A stretch of 64,000 nt of DNA from Candidatus Fimivivens sp. (GCA_047974975.1 JBKECV010000015.1:12712-76711), one strand, 5' to 3'; shown: positions 29,094-41,452, counted from the stretch's first letter. Program-made: numbers and translations. The notes: generated from the sequence alone by a model not told the origin.

Positions 29094-30281
29094 TTATTTT
29101 TCTTCGGCCATCAGTTTTTCCCACAGTGGGGACATTGCACGCAGGCGAGAGATGACAGGTTCTAATTGGGCCAGAATATAGTCGACATCCGCCATGGTGT
29201 TCTCGTCGCTGAAAGAGAGGCGCAGCGAACCATGCGCAACCTCATGTGGCAGGCCAAGCGCCAACAACACATGACTCGGATCCAGTGAGCCGGAAGTACA
29301 GGCGGAGCCGGAGGAGGCGCAGATGCCTTTCATATCGAGCATCAGCAGCATGGATTCGCCCTCAATACCCTCGAACGAGATATTCAAACTGCCGGGGAGA
29401 CGGTGTTCGCGGCTGCCATTCAGACGGCAGCGCGGAATTTCCTTTAAAATACTGTCGATCAGACGATCGCGCATCGCTTTTTTATGGGTGTTGCGAGCCT
29501 CTATGTCGGTCGTGGCGATCTCAATGGCAGTGCCAAGTCCCACAATGGAGGCGAGATTTTCAGTGCCGGCTCGGTGGCTGCGTTCCTGTGCGCCGCCGTC
29601 CATAAAGGTCTCGATCACAACACCACTTTTGACATATAGCACGCCAACGCCTTTGGGGGCGTGAATCTTATGACCCGACAGTGAGAGCATATCGATATTC
29701 TGATCGACAACATCGATCGGGACATTGCCAACTGCCTGCACAGCATCGGTGTGGAATAAGACTTTGGCTGCGCGACAGACAGCACCAATTTCAGCGATGG
29801 GCAACACGGTGGCAATTTCATTATTGGCGTACATGACACTGACAAGCGCTGTATCGGGACGAATGGCGGCCTTGACCTGCTCGGAAGAAATCAAACCCTC
29901 GCTATCAATCGGCAGGTATGTGACTTCAAAACCCTGTTTTTCCAGCGCCTGAAAGGAATGCAACACGGCATGATGCTCGAAATTGGTGGTGATTAAGTGC
30001 TTTTTTCCTTTTTTAGCACCCACGGCGGCAGCGCCCTTTATGGCCCAGTTATCCGACTCGGTTCCACAGGAAGTGAAAAAGATTTCATTGACTTTGGCGT
30101 TTAAAGCCTTTGCCACTTTTTCACGCGCGGCGTCAAGTCCGGTTTTGGCCTCACGACCCTTGGAATATACGCTAGAAGGGTTGCCGTAATGCTCAGTCAA
30201 ATAAGGCAACATAGCGTCCAACACCGGTTTGGACACTGCGGTGGTTGCGGAATTATCCGCATAAACAAAACGTTTTTCCAT
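29094..30281 (-). CDS. nifS: Cysteine desulfurase
   Basis: [19 protein letters not shown] (PLP lysine) and SSGSACTS. Confidence 0.95.
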   Translation of the reverse strand: MEKRFVYADNSATTAVSKPVLDAMLPYLTEHYGNPSSVYSKGREAKTGLDAAREKVAKALNAKVNEIFFTSCGTESDNWAIKGAAAVGAKKGKKHLITTNFEHHAVLHSFQALEKQGFEVTYLPIDSEGLISSEQVKAAIRPDTALVSVMYANNEIATVLPIAEIGAVCRAAKVLFHTDAVQAVGNVPIDVVDQNIDMLSLSGHKIHAPKGVGVLYVKSGVVIETFMDGGAQERSHRAGTENLASIVGLGTAIEIATTDIEARNTHKKAMRDRLIDSILKEIPRCRLNGSREHRLPGSLNISFEGIEGESMLLMLDMKGICASSGSACTSGSLDPSHVLLALGLPHEVAHGSLRLSFSDENTMADVDYILAQLEPVISRLRAMSPLWEKLMAEEK

Positions 30282-30407
30282 GATAAAACCTCCAAGAGCG
30301 AAAATCGCTATCTCAATACTGCTCTGCTCAGTCCAGAAAGAGATTGCAGCAGATGCGGCACTATCAATTACAGTCTAATTAATACATTAGAATACCCTAA
30401 AAACAGA

Positions 30408-30433
30408 AAAGCTATACTTTTTTTGTCAACTTT
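30408..30433 (-). promoter_or_regulatory. IscR/Rrf2-like operator upstream of nifS
   Basis: Imperfect palindrome AAAGTTGAC-AAAAAAA-GTATAGCTTT on the minus strand. Confidence 0.4.
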
Positions 30434-30479
30434 ATTGTATACCTTATCTGTATGAAATGCAATAGCTTTGTTTAATTTT

Positions 30480-30926
30480 TTAAAATTTTTTACTTTCGGT
30501 GACTGCAAGCTGATCGCAACGCTCGTTTTCCGGGTGTTCATTATGTCCTTTTACCCAAACAAAATGCGCGTTGTGTTGCGATAACAGGTCAAGCAGCTGC
30601 TGCCAAAGATCGGCATTTAATGCAGGCTTTTTATCCGCTTTGACCCAGCCGCGTGCGCGCCAGCCGCGCGCCCAGCCTTTCTCAACTGCGTCGATGACAT
30701 ATTTGGAGTCGCTGTAGATGGTGACCTCGCAGGATTCTTTGAGCGCTGACAGGGCCTGTATCACAGCGGTGAGCTCCATACGGTTATTTGTCGTTTCTCG
30801 CTGTCCGCCCGAAAGCTCTCGTTCGACGCTGCCATAGCGTAAAATTGCGCCCCAACCACCCGGCCCCGGGTTGCCGGAGCATGCGCCATCCGTAAATATT
30901 GAAATCTTCTTTTGCGGTATCGACAT
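30480..30926 (-). CDS. rnhA: Ribonuclease HI
   Basis: [23 protein letters not shown] and WVKGH..NERCD. Confidence 0.96.
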   Translation of the reverse strand: MSIPQKKISIFTDGACSGNPGPGGWGAILRYGSVERELSGGQRETTNNRMELTAVIQALSALKESCEVTIYSDSKYVIDAVEKGWARGWRARGWVKADKKPALNADLWQQLLDLLSQHNAHFVWVKGHNEHPENERCDQLAVTESKKF

Positions 30927-31030
30927 AAATCCCTCCAGAAATTGTGCTGTTTTCTTAATAAAATTTATACTCTATTATATTACACCTATACGCCGTACAC
31001 AATAGGGATGTGTCGATTAAAAGCCGATAC

Positions 31031-31059
31031 TTGACAAATTTGGGAAGAGCGAATATAAT
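31031..31059 (+). promoter_or_regulatory. Consensus sigma-A promoter of rnj
   Basis: TTGACA-17-TATAAT exact match. Confidence 0.8.
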
Positions 31060-31193
31060 TGTTTAATTATAAAATTATTATAATCATGGTGAAAACCGTT
31101 TTGATATTGGATTGTTTTTTTTCGTCGTTGACCGGAAATGGCGGCGAAACTTACATATTAAATTATGAAAATATAGAATATGGAGGATTATTT

Positions 31194-33308
31194 GTGCCTG
31201 AAACAAAAAACAAAACGACCGCCGAGGGAAAAAGCGATTTCTCCCGGCGTTCGAGATTTGCGCCTAAAAACCGTCAACAAGCTTCTGAAAATGTTGCGAT
31301 AACTGAAACTGGCTTGTATGGAAAGGTAGATTTAGACGTTCAGAAAACAGCTGCACCGCAACCAAAGCAGGAGCAGTTCCGGAAGAAGCAGGTCGAAGGG
31401 ACACACCGGCCCAGAAAACCGCTCACTAAAAAAGAGATTTTTGAACGGAAAGATGATAACCGAACGGAGCGACCGTCTGTGGTTACTCAGCCGCAAAAGC
31501 CTGTCAACAGCCGACGCGGCAGGCCGAAAAACCCGGATGTTGCGCAGACAGCAAACGAAGCAGCGCCACTTGCCACCTCACCGGTTGAGGCTAAAAAGCC
31601 CAGAAATCGCCGCGGTCAAAAGCGGACATCGGATAAAAATCCGGTTCGTATTATCCCGCTCGGTGGTTTGGGCGAAATCGGTAAAAACATGACGGCGATC
31701 GAATACAAAAATGATATGATAATCGTCGATTGCGGCTTGGCCTTTCCGGATGATGACATGCCGGGCATCGACCTTGTGATTCCGGATTTCTCGTATGTTA
31801 TCAAAAATAAGGACAAGGTGCGCGGCGTCTTTTTGACTCACGGTCATGAGGATCATATCGGCGCACTGAGTTACTTGCTAAAAGAGGTCAATGTGCCTGT
31901 TTATTCGGCGCGTTTAACCATTGGACTGGTGGAGGGGAAACTCAAAGAAGCCGGTATTCTGAAAAGCGCAAAGCTTCATGTTCAAAAGGCGGGGGATGTT
32001 GTCAAGATGGGCACCATTTCGGTGGAGTTCATTTCGGTCAACCATTCCATTCCGGACGCCTGTGCCTTTGCGATCTTTACACCGGCCGGTACGCTTGTGC
32101 ATACCGGTGACTTTAAAATTGACTACACGCCGGTTGACGGGCAGATGATTGATCTTGCGCGTTTCGGTGAATTGGGGCGCCACGGTGTGCTTGCGCTCAT
32201 GTCCGACTCAACCAACGCTGAACGCCCCGGCATGACACCGAGCGAGAGCCGCGTGGGTGAATCGTTTGAAATGTTGTTTAAAAAGGCGGGGGATCGCCGG
32301 ATTATCGTCGCATCTTTTTCTTCTAATGTGCATCGCATTCAGCAGGTCATCGATACCGCTGTGCGCCACGGCCGAAAGGTTGTTGTTTCCGGGCGCAGCA
32401 TGGAGAATGTAACGGCAAAGGCCATGGAACTGGGTTATCTTAAAGCGCCTAAGGACACGGTTGTGGACATTGACCATATGCGAAACATTCCGGACGAAAA
32501 TGTTGTCATTATCACCACCGGCAGCCAAGGGGAGCCGATGAGTGCCCTGACCCGAATGGCGAGAGGTGACCATCGTAAAATCAATGTTACCGGGCACGAT
32601 TTCATCATCATCTCGGCCACACCGATTCCCGGAAATGAAAAGTTGGTGGGTAAAGTCATTAACGACCTCATGGTGCTGGGCGCTGAAGTGATCTACGAAA
32701 GCACAATGGGTATCCATGTGTCCGGTCACGCCTGCCGCGAGGAAATTCGCACCATTTTAGGGTTGATTAAGCCGACGTATTTCATCCCGGTGCACGGTGA
32801 ATATAAGCATCTGGTCAAAAACCGCGAGTTGGCGATTGAGATGGGGGTTAAACCCGACCATATCGTCGTTAGCGAAACAGGCCGCGTAATTGAGTTGACC
32901 GAGCATTCGGTCAAGGCTGTGGCAACGGTGCCCTCCGGTGCTGTCATGGTCGACGGTATCGGTATTGGTGATGTCGGCAGCATTGTGCTACGCGATCGCA
33001 GACTCTTGGCTGAAGAGGGATTGATCATTGCAGTTGCAGCGATTGACTCAAAGACCGGCGCTGTCATTTCCGGGCCGGATATCGTTTCACGTGGGTTTGT
33101 ATATGTACGCGAATCGGAGGAGCTGCTAAACAGTGCCAAGCAGGTTTGTAGGCAGGCGCTGAGCGCGACAGCAGCCAACGCACAGGGCGGTAGGGAATGG
33201 ACTAATCTTAAACAGGCTGTTCGGGATCAGCTCGGCGGGTTCCTCTACAGTAAGACCAAACGTCGCCCACTGATTTTGCCTATTATACAGGAAATACAGG
33301 TGCCGTAA
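31194..33308 (+). CDS. rnj: Ribonuclease J with long basic N-terminal extension
   Basis: IPLGGLGEIGKN, THGHEDHIG and HVSGH. GTG at 31194 follows GGAGG. Confidence 0.93.
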   Translation: MPETKNKTTAEGKSDFSRRSRFAPKNRQQASENVAITETGLYGKVDLDVQKTAAPQPKQEQFRKKQVEGTHRPRKPLTKKEIFERKDDNRTERPSVVTQPQKPVNSRRGRPKNPDVAQTANEAAPLATSPVEAKKPRNRRGQKRTSDKNPVRIIPLGGLGEIGKNMTAIEYKNDMIIVDCGLAFPDDDMPGIDLVIPDFSYVIKNKDKVRGVFLTHGHEDHIGALSYLLKEVNVPVYSARLTIGLVEGKLKEAGILKSAKLHVQKAGDVVKMGTISVEFISVNHSIPDACAFAIFTPAGTLVHTGDFKIDYTPVDGQMIDLARFGELGRHGVLALMSDSTNAERPGMTPSESRVGESFEMLFKKAGDRRIIVASFSSNVHRIQQVIDTAVRHGRKVVVSGRSMENVTAKAMELGYLKAPKDTVVDIDHMRNIPDENVVIITTGSQGEPMSALTRMARGDHRKINVTGHDFIIISATPIPGNEKLVGKVINDLMVLGAEVIYESTMGIHVSGHACREEIRTILGLIKPTYFIPVHGEYKHLVKNRELAIEMGVKPDHIVVSETGRVIELTEHSVKAVATVPSGAVMVDGIGIGDVGSIVLRDRRLLAEEGLIIAVAAIDSKTGAVISGPDIVSRGFVYVRESEELLNSAKQVCRQALSATAANAQGGREWTNLKQAVRDQLGGFLYSKTKRRPLILPIIQEIQVP

Positions 33309-33362
33309 TTTGGCACATACAGGAATCGATCCGCCAAGTCCTTTTGGCAGATCGATTTTGTT

Positions 33363-33391
33363 TTGCCATTTTAAAACAAAGATGTTATAAT
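33363..33391 (+). promoter_or_regulatory. Sigma-A promoter of the gdpP-rplI-dnaB cluster
   Basis: TTGCCA-17-TATAAT with an extended TG. Confidence 0.65.
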
Positions 33392-33443
33392 TAGTCGGCA
33401 CGTCACGCGTTAACCACGTTTTAGATTTTTGACATAGGAGAAT

Positions 33444-35432
33444 GTGATGAGACAAAAAAATAGGCTGTATCAGCCTGTCTTTTATTTAATGTTGTTTGAG
33501 CTGGTGGCCGTTTCGCTGGCGGCGTTATATTTTAATGTCACCTATTTTTATATTGTGGTGTCTATCTCTCTGGTCACGCTTGGTTTGGCACTCCTATATA
33601 TGCTTCGAGCTGAGCGCGAGGTCGAGCGTTTTATCACGCGTATTGGTCAAGAAATTGACCAAACGCAGAACGATACACTGGTATCGTTGCCCCTGCCGGT
33701 TATGGTAGCGGACGATAAGGGCGAGTTACTTTGGTATAATGATTTTTGCCGCATACATCTGTTTGATGACGACGAGCGTTACGGCCATCCTATCAGCGAG
33801 ATTCTCGGCGAGATCAGGAGCGACGACGGTGGTTTTTCAATCACGTTTAAAAACCGTTCTTATACTGTTTATTCAGCCCATAACACGCGTGTCAACGACC
33901 AAAATTCGACGTCGGAAGACGTTCGTTCGCTATTTATCTATTATCTTTGCGATGACACAGACTTAAAACGCGATGCGGCACAATATTGGGCGTCGCGCCC
34001 TTCTATGATGGCCATCATGATAGATAGTCTGGATGAAGTGCTGCAGGATGCCAAGGAAAATGAGCGCTCTCAGCTCACAGCGCAGATTGAATATGTTATT
34101 GAACAGTTTGTGGGTGATTACAACGGTTTTGTCATCAAGACCGATCGCGATCGTTTTTTTGCGGTCATCGAGGAGCGGCACATGTCCGATATTGTTGAAA
34201 AGCGCTTTGCGTTGCTCGACCGCGTGCGCGCGCTTTCAAGTGTGGATAAAATCCCGGTGACGCTTTCAGTTGGTGTTGCCAGAAATGTCGATTCATATCC
34301 CGAGGGCGAACAGGCGTCGCGTCAGGCGTTGGATATGGCACAGGGCCGTGGCGGTGACCAGGCCGCTGTTAAGACGCAAAACGGCTACGATTTTTACGGC
34401 GGCGTTTCCAAGGGTATTGAAAAGCGTACCAAGGTCAAGACGCGTATTGTGGCCACTGCGTTGGCTGAACTGATCAACTCAAGTTCCAATGTTATTATTA
34501 TGGGGCATAAATTTGCAGATTTGGACAGTTTGGGTGCTGCGGTTGGTTTATTGCGCCCGATTCAGCAGATGGGTAAGCCGGCTGTCATCGCTATCAATCG
34601 CTCGCGCAATCTTGTCAGTACCTTGATTGAGCGCTTAGAGAAGAGTGGCTATGAAAACAGCTTTTTAAATCCGTTTGATATTATGGATACCATTACGCCC
34701 AACACGCTGCTCATCATTGTGGATACACATCTTGAACATGTGTTGGAATCTGCTGATATTTACCGCGCGTGTAAAAATGTTGCCATCATCGACCATCACC
34801 GACGTATGGTGGGGTATATTGATAATGCGGTTATTTTTTATCACGAACCCTATGCGTCCTCAGCTTCTGAAATGGTGACAGAGCTGATACAGTATCTCGG
34901 CGATAAGCATCGCATTGCCCGTCTGGAAGCAGAAGCGCTTTTAGCCGGCATTATGCTCGATACCCGAAACTTTGTTATCCGTACCGGTGTGCGCACTTTT
35001 GAAGCTGCGGCTTATCTGCGGCGGCAAGGCGCAGATACAGTTGAGGTGCGCAAGCTGTTTTCCTCGTCGATGGAGTTTTATCAGCGGCGCGCGCGGGTGG
35101 TTTCCTCTGCGGAAATATACCACCGCTGTGCGATTGCGACAGCAACTGCCATGAGTGAAAATATCAAGCTTATTGCGCCGCAGGCCGCTGATGAATTGTT
35201 GAGTATCAGCGATGTGGATGCCTCGTTTGTCCTTTATGAATATGATGCCGGCATATCCATTTCTGCGCGCTCAATGGGCAAGATGAATGTTCAGGTGATC
35301 ATGGAGGCGCTCGGCGGCGGCGGACACCAGACGATGGCAGCGGCTCAGATGCCGGATATCTCGATGGAGGATGCGCGTCAAAAACTGCTTGAAGCCATTG
35401 AGGACTGCACACAGCAAAATCATATTGCCTAA
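33444..35432 (+). CDS. gdpP: c-di-AMP phosphodiesterase (TM-PAS-degenerate GGDEF-DHH-DHHA1)
   Basis: RGGDQA, MGH..DLDSLG, IDHHR and GGGGH. Lies upstream of rplI-dnaB. Confidence 0.9.
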   Translation: MMRQKNRLYQPVFYLMLFELVAVSLAALYFNVTYFYIVVSISLVTLGLALLYMLRAEREVERFITRIGQEIDQTQNDTLVSLPLPVMVADDKGELLWYNDFCRIHLFDDDERYGHPISEILGEIRSDDGGFSITFKNRSYTVYSAHNTRVNDQNSTSEDVRSLFIYYLCDDTDLKRDAAQYWASRPSMMAIMIDSLDEVLQDAKENERSQLTAQIEYVIEQFVGDYNGFVIKTDRDRFFAVIEERHMSDIVEKRFALLDRVRALSSVDKIPVTLSVGVARNVDSYPEGEQASRQALDMAQGRGGDQAAVKTQNGYDFYGGVSKGIEKRTKVKTRIVATALAELINSSSNVIIMGHKFADLDSLGAAVGLLRPIQQMGKPAVIAINRSRNLVSTLIERLEKSGYENSFLNPFDIMDTITPNTLLIIVDTHLEHVLESADIYRACKNVAIIDHHRRMVGYIDNAVIFYHEPYASSASEMVTELIQYLGDKHRIARLEAEALLAGIMLDTRNFVIRTGVRTFEAAAYLRRQGADTVEVRKLFSSSMEFYQRRARVVSSAEIYHRCAIATATAMSENIKLIAPQAADELLSISDVDASFVLYEYDAGISISARSMGKMNVQVIMEALGGGGHQTMAAAQMPDISMEDARQKLLEAIEDCTQQNHIA

Positions 35433-35469
35433 CTGGCTGTTTAAATTTCAACGTTGGAGGTACACTAAA

Positions 35470-35913
35470 ATGAAAGTCATTTTATTGGCAGATGTTAAGG
35501 GAACCGGTAAAAAGGGCGAACTCCACGATGTTTCGGACGGATATGCTCGCAATTTTTTACTGCCTAAAAAACTGGCGCAACCCGCGACCCCTCAGGCGAT
35601 GGGGGAGATGAAGTCCAAACAGGAATCAGCGGCGCATCGCGCGCAGGTTGAGCAGCAGAATGCGCAGGAACTGGCTCAAAAGCTCAACGCCATGACTGTC
35701 AAGATACACGCAAAGGCGGGGGTAGGCGGCAAGCTTTTCGGCGCCGTTACCACCAAGGAAATTGCAGATGCTATGACTGAACAGCTCGGCACAGCGGTTG
35801 ATAAGAAAAAAGTTTCACTCGATGGGGATATTAAAACCCATGGCGAGTATGAAGCGGTCGTCAAGCTGCATGCGGGCATCGCGGCCAAAACAAAAATTGT
35901 CGTCTGCGAGTAA
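35470..35913 (+). CDS. rplI: 50S ribosomal protein L9
   Basis: [27 protein letters not shown] and GKLFGAVT. Confidence 0.97.
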   Translation: MKVILLADVKGTGKKGELHDVSDGYARNFLLPKKLAQPATPQAMGEMKSKQESAAHRAQVEQQNAQELAQKLNAMTVKIHAKAGVGGKLFGAVTTKEIADAMTEQLGTAVDKKKVSLDGDIKTHGEYEAVVKLHAGIAAKTKIVVCE

Positions 35914-35977
35914 GGATATAATCTGCGGGAAGTTTCCATTGTATTTTTAGATTGATCAGGGCAAAGGAGGTCTTGGG

Positions 35978-37351
35978 GTGGAAAACAAATTTGATAATTT
36001 TTTTGGCGCAACGCCGCAGGAGCTTCCTTATAATCTTGAGGCGGAGCAATCGGCGCTCGGCGCGGTGCTTATCGATTCGCAGTGTGTGCCGCAGGTGCTC
36101 AAATATTTAAAACCCGAAAGCTTTTATCGCCAACAGCATCGAGATATTTTTTCGATTATTATGCGGATGTTTATCGCCTCCGAAACGATAGACTTTATTA
36201 CAATTTTAGAGCAAGTCTGCCGGGAGGATGTTTTTCCCACCGATCAGGATGCCAAAATTTATCTGACACAGCTAGCGCAGGTGGTGCCTACCGCCGGTAA
36301 CGCAGAAGCCTATGCCCGCATCGTTCGGGAAAAATATTATTTGCGCAGCCTGATTTCTACCTTTGAACAGGTCGTCGGCGCTTCACGCGAGGGCAATACA
36401 GATGCGAACCTGCTCATGGATATGGCCGAGCAGGGGATATATGATCTGAGGCAAGGGCGGGATTCTTCCGGTTTTACGCATATTAAGGATGTCATTGCGG
36501 GAACCTATGATCGCTTGCAGCGATTAAGTGGTGAGGACCGCGAGGAGTATGTGGGCATTCCAACAGGATACCCGCTGCTGGATAAGGTTATTATGGGATT
36601 GAATAAATCCGATCTGTTGGTATTGGCAGCGCGCCCCGGCATGGGTAAAACTGCGTTTGCATTAAACCTCGCATTGAATGTGGCCAAGCAAAAACGCAGA
36701 GTTGCGATTTTTTCTTTGGAAATGAGTAACGAGCAGCTCGTGGAGCGCCTGATCTCCTCCGAGGGACTTATCGCTTCAGAAAATTTGCATCGCGGCAATA
36801 TTTCGTTGGAGGATTGGGCGAAAATTGCGGTCGCTACACAAAAGTTGACGCCACTGCCTGTTTATTTGGACGACACAGCCGGCATACATATTGGCGAAAT
36901 GAAAGGCAAACTGCGCAGGCTGCGCGACGTTTCGCTGGTTGTAATCGATTATCTGCAGCTGATGACCGGTGGCGACGGCTCCAAACGCCGCAGCGAAAAC
37001 CGCGTTCAAGAGGTTTCAGAAATGACGCGTTCCCTTAAAATTATGGCCAAGGAATTCAACGTGCCGGTGATCGTGCTGTCACAGCTTTCCCGCGGACCCG
37101 AAACACGCACCGATCGGCGGCCGATGTTGTCGGATCTTCGTGAATCCGGCTCGATCGAGCAGGATGCCGACATTGTCATGATGCTTTATCGTGCGGCCTA
37201 CTACGCTAAGGACGACCCCAATGTTCCGCAGGGCGAAGCTGAATGTATCGTGGCTAAAAACCGCCATGGCACAACCGGAAGCGTTAAATTTGGCTGGGAT
37301 GGTGCTCATACCACTTTCACGACACCGGAGTTTGTACGGGATGAAGGATAA
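35978..37351 (+). CDS. dnaB: Replicative DNA helicase
   Basis: ARPGMGKT, FSLEM, IDYLQL, LSQLSR and LSDLRESGSIEQDAD. Confidence 0.97.
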   Translation: MENKFDNFFGATPQELPYNLEAEQSALGAVLIDSQCVPQVLKYLKPESFYRQQHRDIFSIIMRMFIASETIDFITILEQVCREDVFPTDQDAKIYLTQLAQVVPTAGNAEAYARIVREKYYLRSLISTFEQVVGASREGNTDANLLMDMAEQGIYDLRQGRDSSGFTHIKDVIAGTYDRLQRLSGEDREEYVGIPTGYPLLDKVIMGLNKSDLLVLAARPGMGKTAFALNLALNVAKQKRRVAIFSLEMSNEQLVERLISSEGLIASENLHRGNISLEDWAKIAVATQKLTPLPVYLDDTAGIHIGEMKGKLRRLRDVSLVVIDYLQLMTGGDGSKRRSENRVQEVSEMTRSLKIMAKEFNVPVIVLSQLSRGPETRTDRRPMLSDLRESGSIEQDADIVMMLYRAAYYAKDDPNVPQGEAECIVAKNRHGTTGSVKFGWDGAHTTFTTPEFVRDEG

Positions 37352-38762
37352 CATTTTAAAAACCATACAATCACACCATATGCTCAAGCAGGGCGAAAAA
37401 GTTATTGTCGGACTTTCCGGCGGAGCGGATTCAGTCGCCCTGCTTTGCGCTTTATATTCGCTAAAAGACGCGTTGCGCATTGCGCTTTCAGCCTGCCATA
37501 TCAACCATCAGCTGCGTGGGGAAGAAAGCCATCGTGACGCGCGTTTTTGCGAGGCGCTTTGCAGCCGGTTGGGAATTGCCTTGGTCGTGAAAAGTGTCGA
37601 CGTGTTGTCCTATTGTGCCCAAAACAGTTGTGGAACTGAAGAGGGCGCGCGTGTGCTTCGGTATCAAGTGCTGCAAAGTCTTGATCCAAATGCTAAAATT
37701 GCAACCGCACATACGCTTTCCGACAATGCAGAAACGCTGATCATGAATCTGACGCGCGGTGCGGCGCTCGAAGGTTTGTGTGGCATTCCCCCTGTCAGAA
37801 ATAATATTATACGTCCGCTTATCAATTGTACCCGCGACGAGGTGGAGGAGTACCTCAAAGAGCAAGGGCAGGATTTTGTCACCGATTCCAGCAATCAAAC
37901 AAATGATTACAAACGCAACAATATTCGACACACGCTGATCCCGTTGCTAAAGGCACTCAACCCGTCCTTTGAGCAAGCGGTGTGCCGCACTGTCGACGCT
38001 TTGCAAGCGGATAAGATGCTTTTAGGGCAGATGACAACGCTGGCATTGGCAGCGGCCGCTATGGCGCAAGCGCCTGCTACGCTCCCCGATGGGATTAAAC
38101 GCTTGCAGTCTTTTTTACCACACCGGCCAAAGTGGTCGCGCCTTGTATTGCTGCACCAACCCAAGCCGATTCGGCTGCGTTGCTACAAAGAAATGCTGCT
38201 TGCAGCGGGGCAGCATTACGATGCGACGCGACTGGCATTGGTCGATGATTTGGCGGCGACCGGCAGCGGGGGCATTTCACTCGACAGCCGAAATACACTG
38301 CGCTGTGACAGCGAAACGCTTTATCTTGAAACCTTGATTAAAGCGCCGCGTATTGAAGAACGGCAAATTTTGCTCTCCGAGGCAACAATACCGGTCAAGA
38401 TCCCGCTCAATAACGGTTTTTTTCTTAAAATATGCGAAATTGATATAACAGAGATAAAATTTTTTGTAAATAACTGCAGTTTGCAATTTAAAAACGCAGT
38501 TGACTGTGATAGAATAGATAAGATTATCACCTTGCGCGCGCGTGCGGCTGGTGATAGAATTACGCTTGTTGGGCATAATTGCACACAATCGCTAAAAAAG
38601 CTGCTCAATGCAGGGTCTGTTCCGGTGATGCTCAGAGATGCGTTAGCCGTTCTGAGCGATGAACAAGGGCCTATTTGGATCGAAGGACTTGGTGTGAGCC
38701 AACGAGCCGCCATTTCACAGACGACCCGGCACGCAGTGTTGATCAGTATACAGGAGGAATGA
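37341..38762 (+). CDS. tilS: tRNA(Ile)-lysidine synthetase
   Basis: SGGADS PP-loop, HINHQLRG, TAHTLSDNAET and IIRPL. ATG at 37341 overlaps the dnaB end. Confidence 0.93.
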   Translation: MKDNILKTIQSHHMLKQGEKVIVGLSGGADSVALLCALYSLKDALRIALSACHINHQLRGEESHRDARFCEALCSRLGIALVVKSVDVLSYCAQNSCGTEEGARVLRYQVLQSLDPNAKIATAHTLSDNAETLIMNLTRGAALEGLCGIPPVRNNIIRPLINCTRDEVEEYLKEQGQDFVTDSSNQTNDYKRNNIRHTLIPLLKALNPSFEQAVCRTVDALQADKMLLGQMTTLALAAAAMAQAPATLPDGIKRLQSFLPHRPKWSRLVLLHQPKPIRLRCYKEMLLAAGQHYDATRLALVDDLAATGSGGISLDSRNTLRCDSETLYLETLIKAPRIEERQILLSEATIPVKIPLNNGFFLKICEIDITEIKFFVNNCSLQFKNAVDCDRIDKIITLRARAAGDRITLVGHNCTQSLKKLLNAGSVPVMLRDALAVLSDEQGPIWIEGLGVSQRAAISQTTRHAVLISIQEE

Positions 38763-38768
38763 CAGAAA

Positions 38769-39317
38769 GTGCAAAATGATATTCAAAGGGTGCTTATTTC
38801 CGAGGAGGAAATCAAGGATAAGGTTGCCGCGTTAGGACGTCAGATTTCAGAGGATTATAAAGACAAAAACCTGATGCTGGTCAGTGTGCTCAAAGGCTCG
38901 GTGGTATTCATGGCAGATTTGATGCGCGCCATTACCATTCCGGCCTCGATTGATTTTATGTCCGTCTCCAGTTACGGCAGTGGTGTCAAAACCACCGGTG
39001 TCGTCAAAATTATTAAAGATCTTGACGAAATGCTCACCGATCGGGATATTCTCATTGTTGAGGATATTCTAGACTCGGGCATGACACTTTCGTATCTCAA
39101 AGAGCACATCGGCGCTAAGGATGCCAAAAGTATTCGTGTTGCGACACTGCTTGATAAGCCTGAGCGTCGTCGTGTCAATATTGTACCGGATTACAAAGGT
39201 TTTGCCATCCCGGATGAATTTGTGGTCGGGTACGGCCTGGACTTCGATGAAAAATATCGCAATCTACCATATGTGGGCGTTCTCAAGCCCTGCGTGTATA
39301 CGACAAATAAATTTTAG
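38769..39317 (+). CDS. hpt: Hypoxanthine phosphoribosyltransferase
   Basis: VLKGS, VSSYG, IVEDILDSG and FVVGYGLD. Confidence 0.96.
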   Translation: MQNDIQRVLISEEEIKDKVAALGRQISEDYKDKNLMLVSVLKGSVVFMADLMRAITIPASIDFMSVSSYGSGVKTTGVVKIIKDLDEMLTDRDILIVEDILDSGMTLSYLKEHIGAKDAKSIRVATLLDKPERRRVNIVPDYKGFAIPDEFVVGYGLDFDEKYRNLPYVGVLKPCVYTTNKF

Positions 39318-39332
39318 CAGGGAGTGTAACGA

Positions 39333-41393
39333 TTGAATAATTCTAACCAACCAAATAAAAACCCCAATCAGGGCCCGGGGCAAAACCCGCGCAACAATTT
39401 TAATCCTAAAAATAACCGCGGCATTATTATTTATATTGCTGTGCTGGCTGCGCTTGTGCTTTTCGCCAGCAGTATGTTCGGCTTGGGCAAAAAAGAAAGT
39501 CCCTATAAATACTCCGAAATTGTCGCGTTTTTTGATGATCATAAAGTTGAGGAGTATACCTTTGACCTCGGTACCGGTGAGCTCACGTTTAAATTGGATG
39601 GCGAAACTGAAGAGAAAATCTATACAGTGCCCAACACTAACTTGTTTATCAATACGGTGCAGGAGAAAGTTGAAGAATACAACCGCGCGCATCCTGAGGA
39701 TAGAATACCCCACGAACTAATACCGATTGCGACGATGCCGTTTTGGGTTTCGTATCTGCCGACAATGGTGATTATCCTTGCCATGGGCGCGCTGTGGTGG
39801 TTCACGATTAAGCAATCGCGCGGCGGCGGCAATATTTCAGGTTTTGGCAAGGCCAAGGCGCGCACACCTGAGCAGGGGCGCCGCGTTACTTTCGCTGATG
39901 TCGCCGGCGCAGATGAAGAAAAGGCTGAGCTGGTCGAGGTGGTTGAATTTTTAAAATCGCCGGAGCGGTTTAATACGCTTGGCGCGCGCATTCCTAAGGG
40001 TGTGCTGCTTGTGGGACCTCCCGGCACCGGTAAAACGCTGTTGGCGCGTGCTGTCGCCGGCGAGGCGGGTGCACCGTTCTTTTCAATTTCCGGTTCCGAC
40101 TTTGTTGAGATGTTTGTCGGCGTCGGTGCTTCGCGTGTTCGTGACCTGTTCGAGCAGGCCAAGAAAAATGCCCCTGCTATCATTTTTATAGATGAGATTG
40201 ATGCTGTCGGTCGTCAGCGCGGCGCAGGTCTGGGCGGCGGTCATGACGAGCGCGAACAAACTTTAAACCAGCTATTGGTCGAGATGGATGGTTTTGGCTC
40301 CAATACCGGCATTATTGTCGTTGCTGCGACCAACCGCCGGGATATCCTCGATCCGGCGCTGTTGCGTCCCGGGCGCTTTGACCGCCAGATTGTTGTGGGT
40401 TATCCTGATATTAAGGGCCGCGAAGCAATTTTAAAGGTTCATGCTAAAAACAAACCGCTGGGCCCCGATGTCAACCTGAAGACGATTGCTTCTACCACCG
40501 TTGGTTTTACAGGTGCTGACCTTGAGAATGTTCTCAACGAGGCTGCCTTGTTAGCTGCCAGAAACAACCTGAAGGCCATCACGATGGAAACTGTTCAGGA
40601 GGCAACCATCAAGGTCATTGCAGGCCCTGAGAAAAAATCTCGTCTCGTCACCGAAAAAGACAAAAAGCTCACCGCTTATCACGAGGCGGGTCATGCGGTG
40701 GTCACTTATTATATGGACACCGCCGACAAAGTCCACCAGGTATCAATCATCCCGCGCGGCATGGCCGGTGGCTACACCATGAGTCTGCCTGCTGAAGACA
40801 AGAGTTATCACACACGCAAGGAGATGAAAGAAAATATCATCACACTGCTTGGCGGCCGTGTGGCTGAAGCGTTGGTGCTTGATGATATATCGACCGGCGC
40901 TTCCAATGATATTGAGCGCGCTACCGCCATTGCCCGTGCGATGGTCACGCGCTATGGCTTTTCCGAAAAACTCGGACCGGTGGTTTACGGTCATGACCAG
41001 AGCGAAGTGTTTTTGGGGCGTGATTTCAATCAGTCCCGCAATTATTCTGAAGAAGTTGCTTCCGAAATTGACAACGAAATTCGCAATTTGGTTGAAGAGG
41101 CCTTTGAACTGGCGAAGAAAAACCTCGCTGCGCATATGGATCAGCTGGTGCTGATTGCAGAAACGCTTATTCGCTGCGAGAAGATCGATGCAGAGGATTT
41201 TGAAAGCCTGATGACCACGGGTGAGATGGCTTCTGTTAAAAAGCAGACTGTTATCCCCGACGCAGAAAATAAAAGTGAAGACGAAGTAGCTGTTGCCGAC
41301 CGGCCTGAATCTACAATATCTGATGATGCGGCCACTGAACCTGTGTCCGATGAAGCGGTCTCGTCGAAGGACGACATGCCACCAAGCGTATAA
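39333..41393 (+). CDS. ftsH: ATP-dependent zinc metalloprotease FtsH
   Basis: Two TM helices, [24 protein letters not shown] and HEAGH. Confidence 0.97.
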   Translation: MNNSNQPNKNPNQGPGQNPRNNFNPKNNRGIIIYIAVLAALVLFASSMFGLGKKESPYKYSEIVAFFDDHKVEEYTFDLGTGELTFKLDGETEEKIYTVPNTNLFINTVQEKVEEYNRAHPEDRIPHELIPIATMPFWVSYLPTMVIILAMGALWWFTIKQSRGGGNISGFGKAKARTPEQGRRVTFADVAGADEEKAELVEVVEFLKSPERFNTLGARIPKGVLLVGPPGTGKTLLARAVAGEAGAPFFSISGSDFVEMFVGVGASRVRDLFEQAKKNAPAIIFIDEIDAVGRQRGAGLGGGHDEREQTLNQLLVEMDGFGSNTGIIVVAATNRRDILDPALLRPGRFDRQIVVGYPDIKGREAILKVHAKNKPLGPDVNLKTIASTTVGFTGADLENVLNEAALLAARNNLKAITMETVQEATIKVIAGPEKKSRLVTEKDKKLTAYHEAGHAVVTYYMDTADKVHQVSIIPRGMAGGYTMSLPAEDKSYHTRKEMKENIITLLGGRVAEALVLDDISTGASNDIERATAIARAMVTRYGFSEKLGPVVYGHDQSEVFLGRDFNQSRNYSEEVASEIDNEIRNLVEEAFELAKKNLAAHMDQLVLIAETLIRCEKIDAEDFESLMTTGEMASVKKQTVIPDAENKSEDEVAVADRPESTISDDAATEPVSDEAVSSKDDMPPSV

Positions 41394-41402
41394 AGTTGGT
41401 TT

Positions 41403-41452
41403 AAAAGCTGCCCCTCAGAATGATTTTACCATCATTTTGCGGAGCAGCTTTT
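41403..41452 (+). terminator. Terminator after ftsH
   Basis: AAAAGCTGC...GCAGCTTTT flanking an AATGAT/ATCATT stem. Confidence 0.6.
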
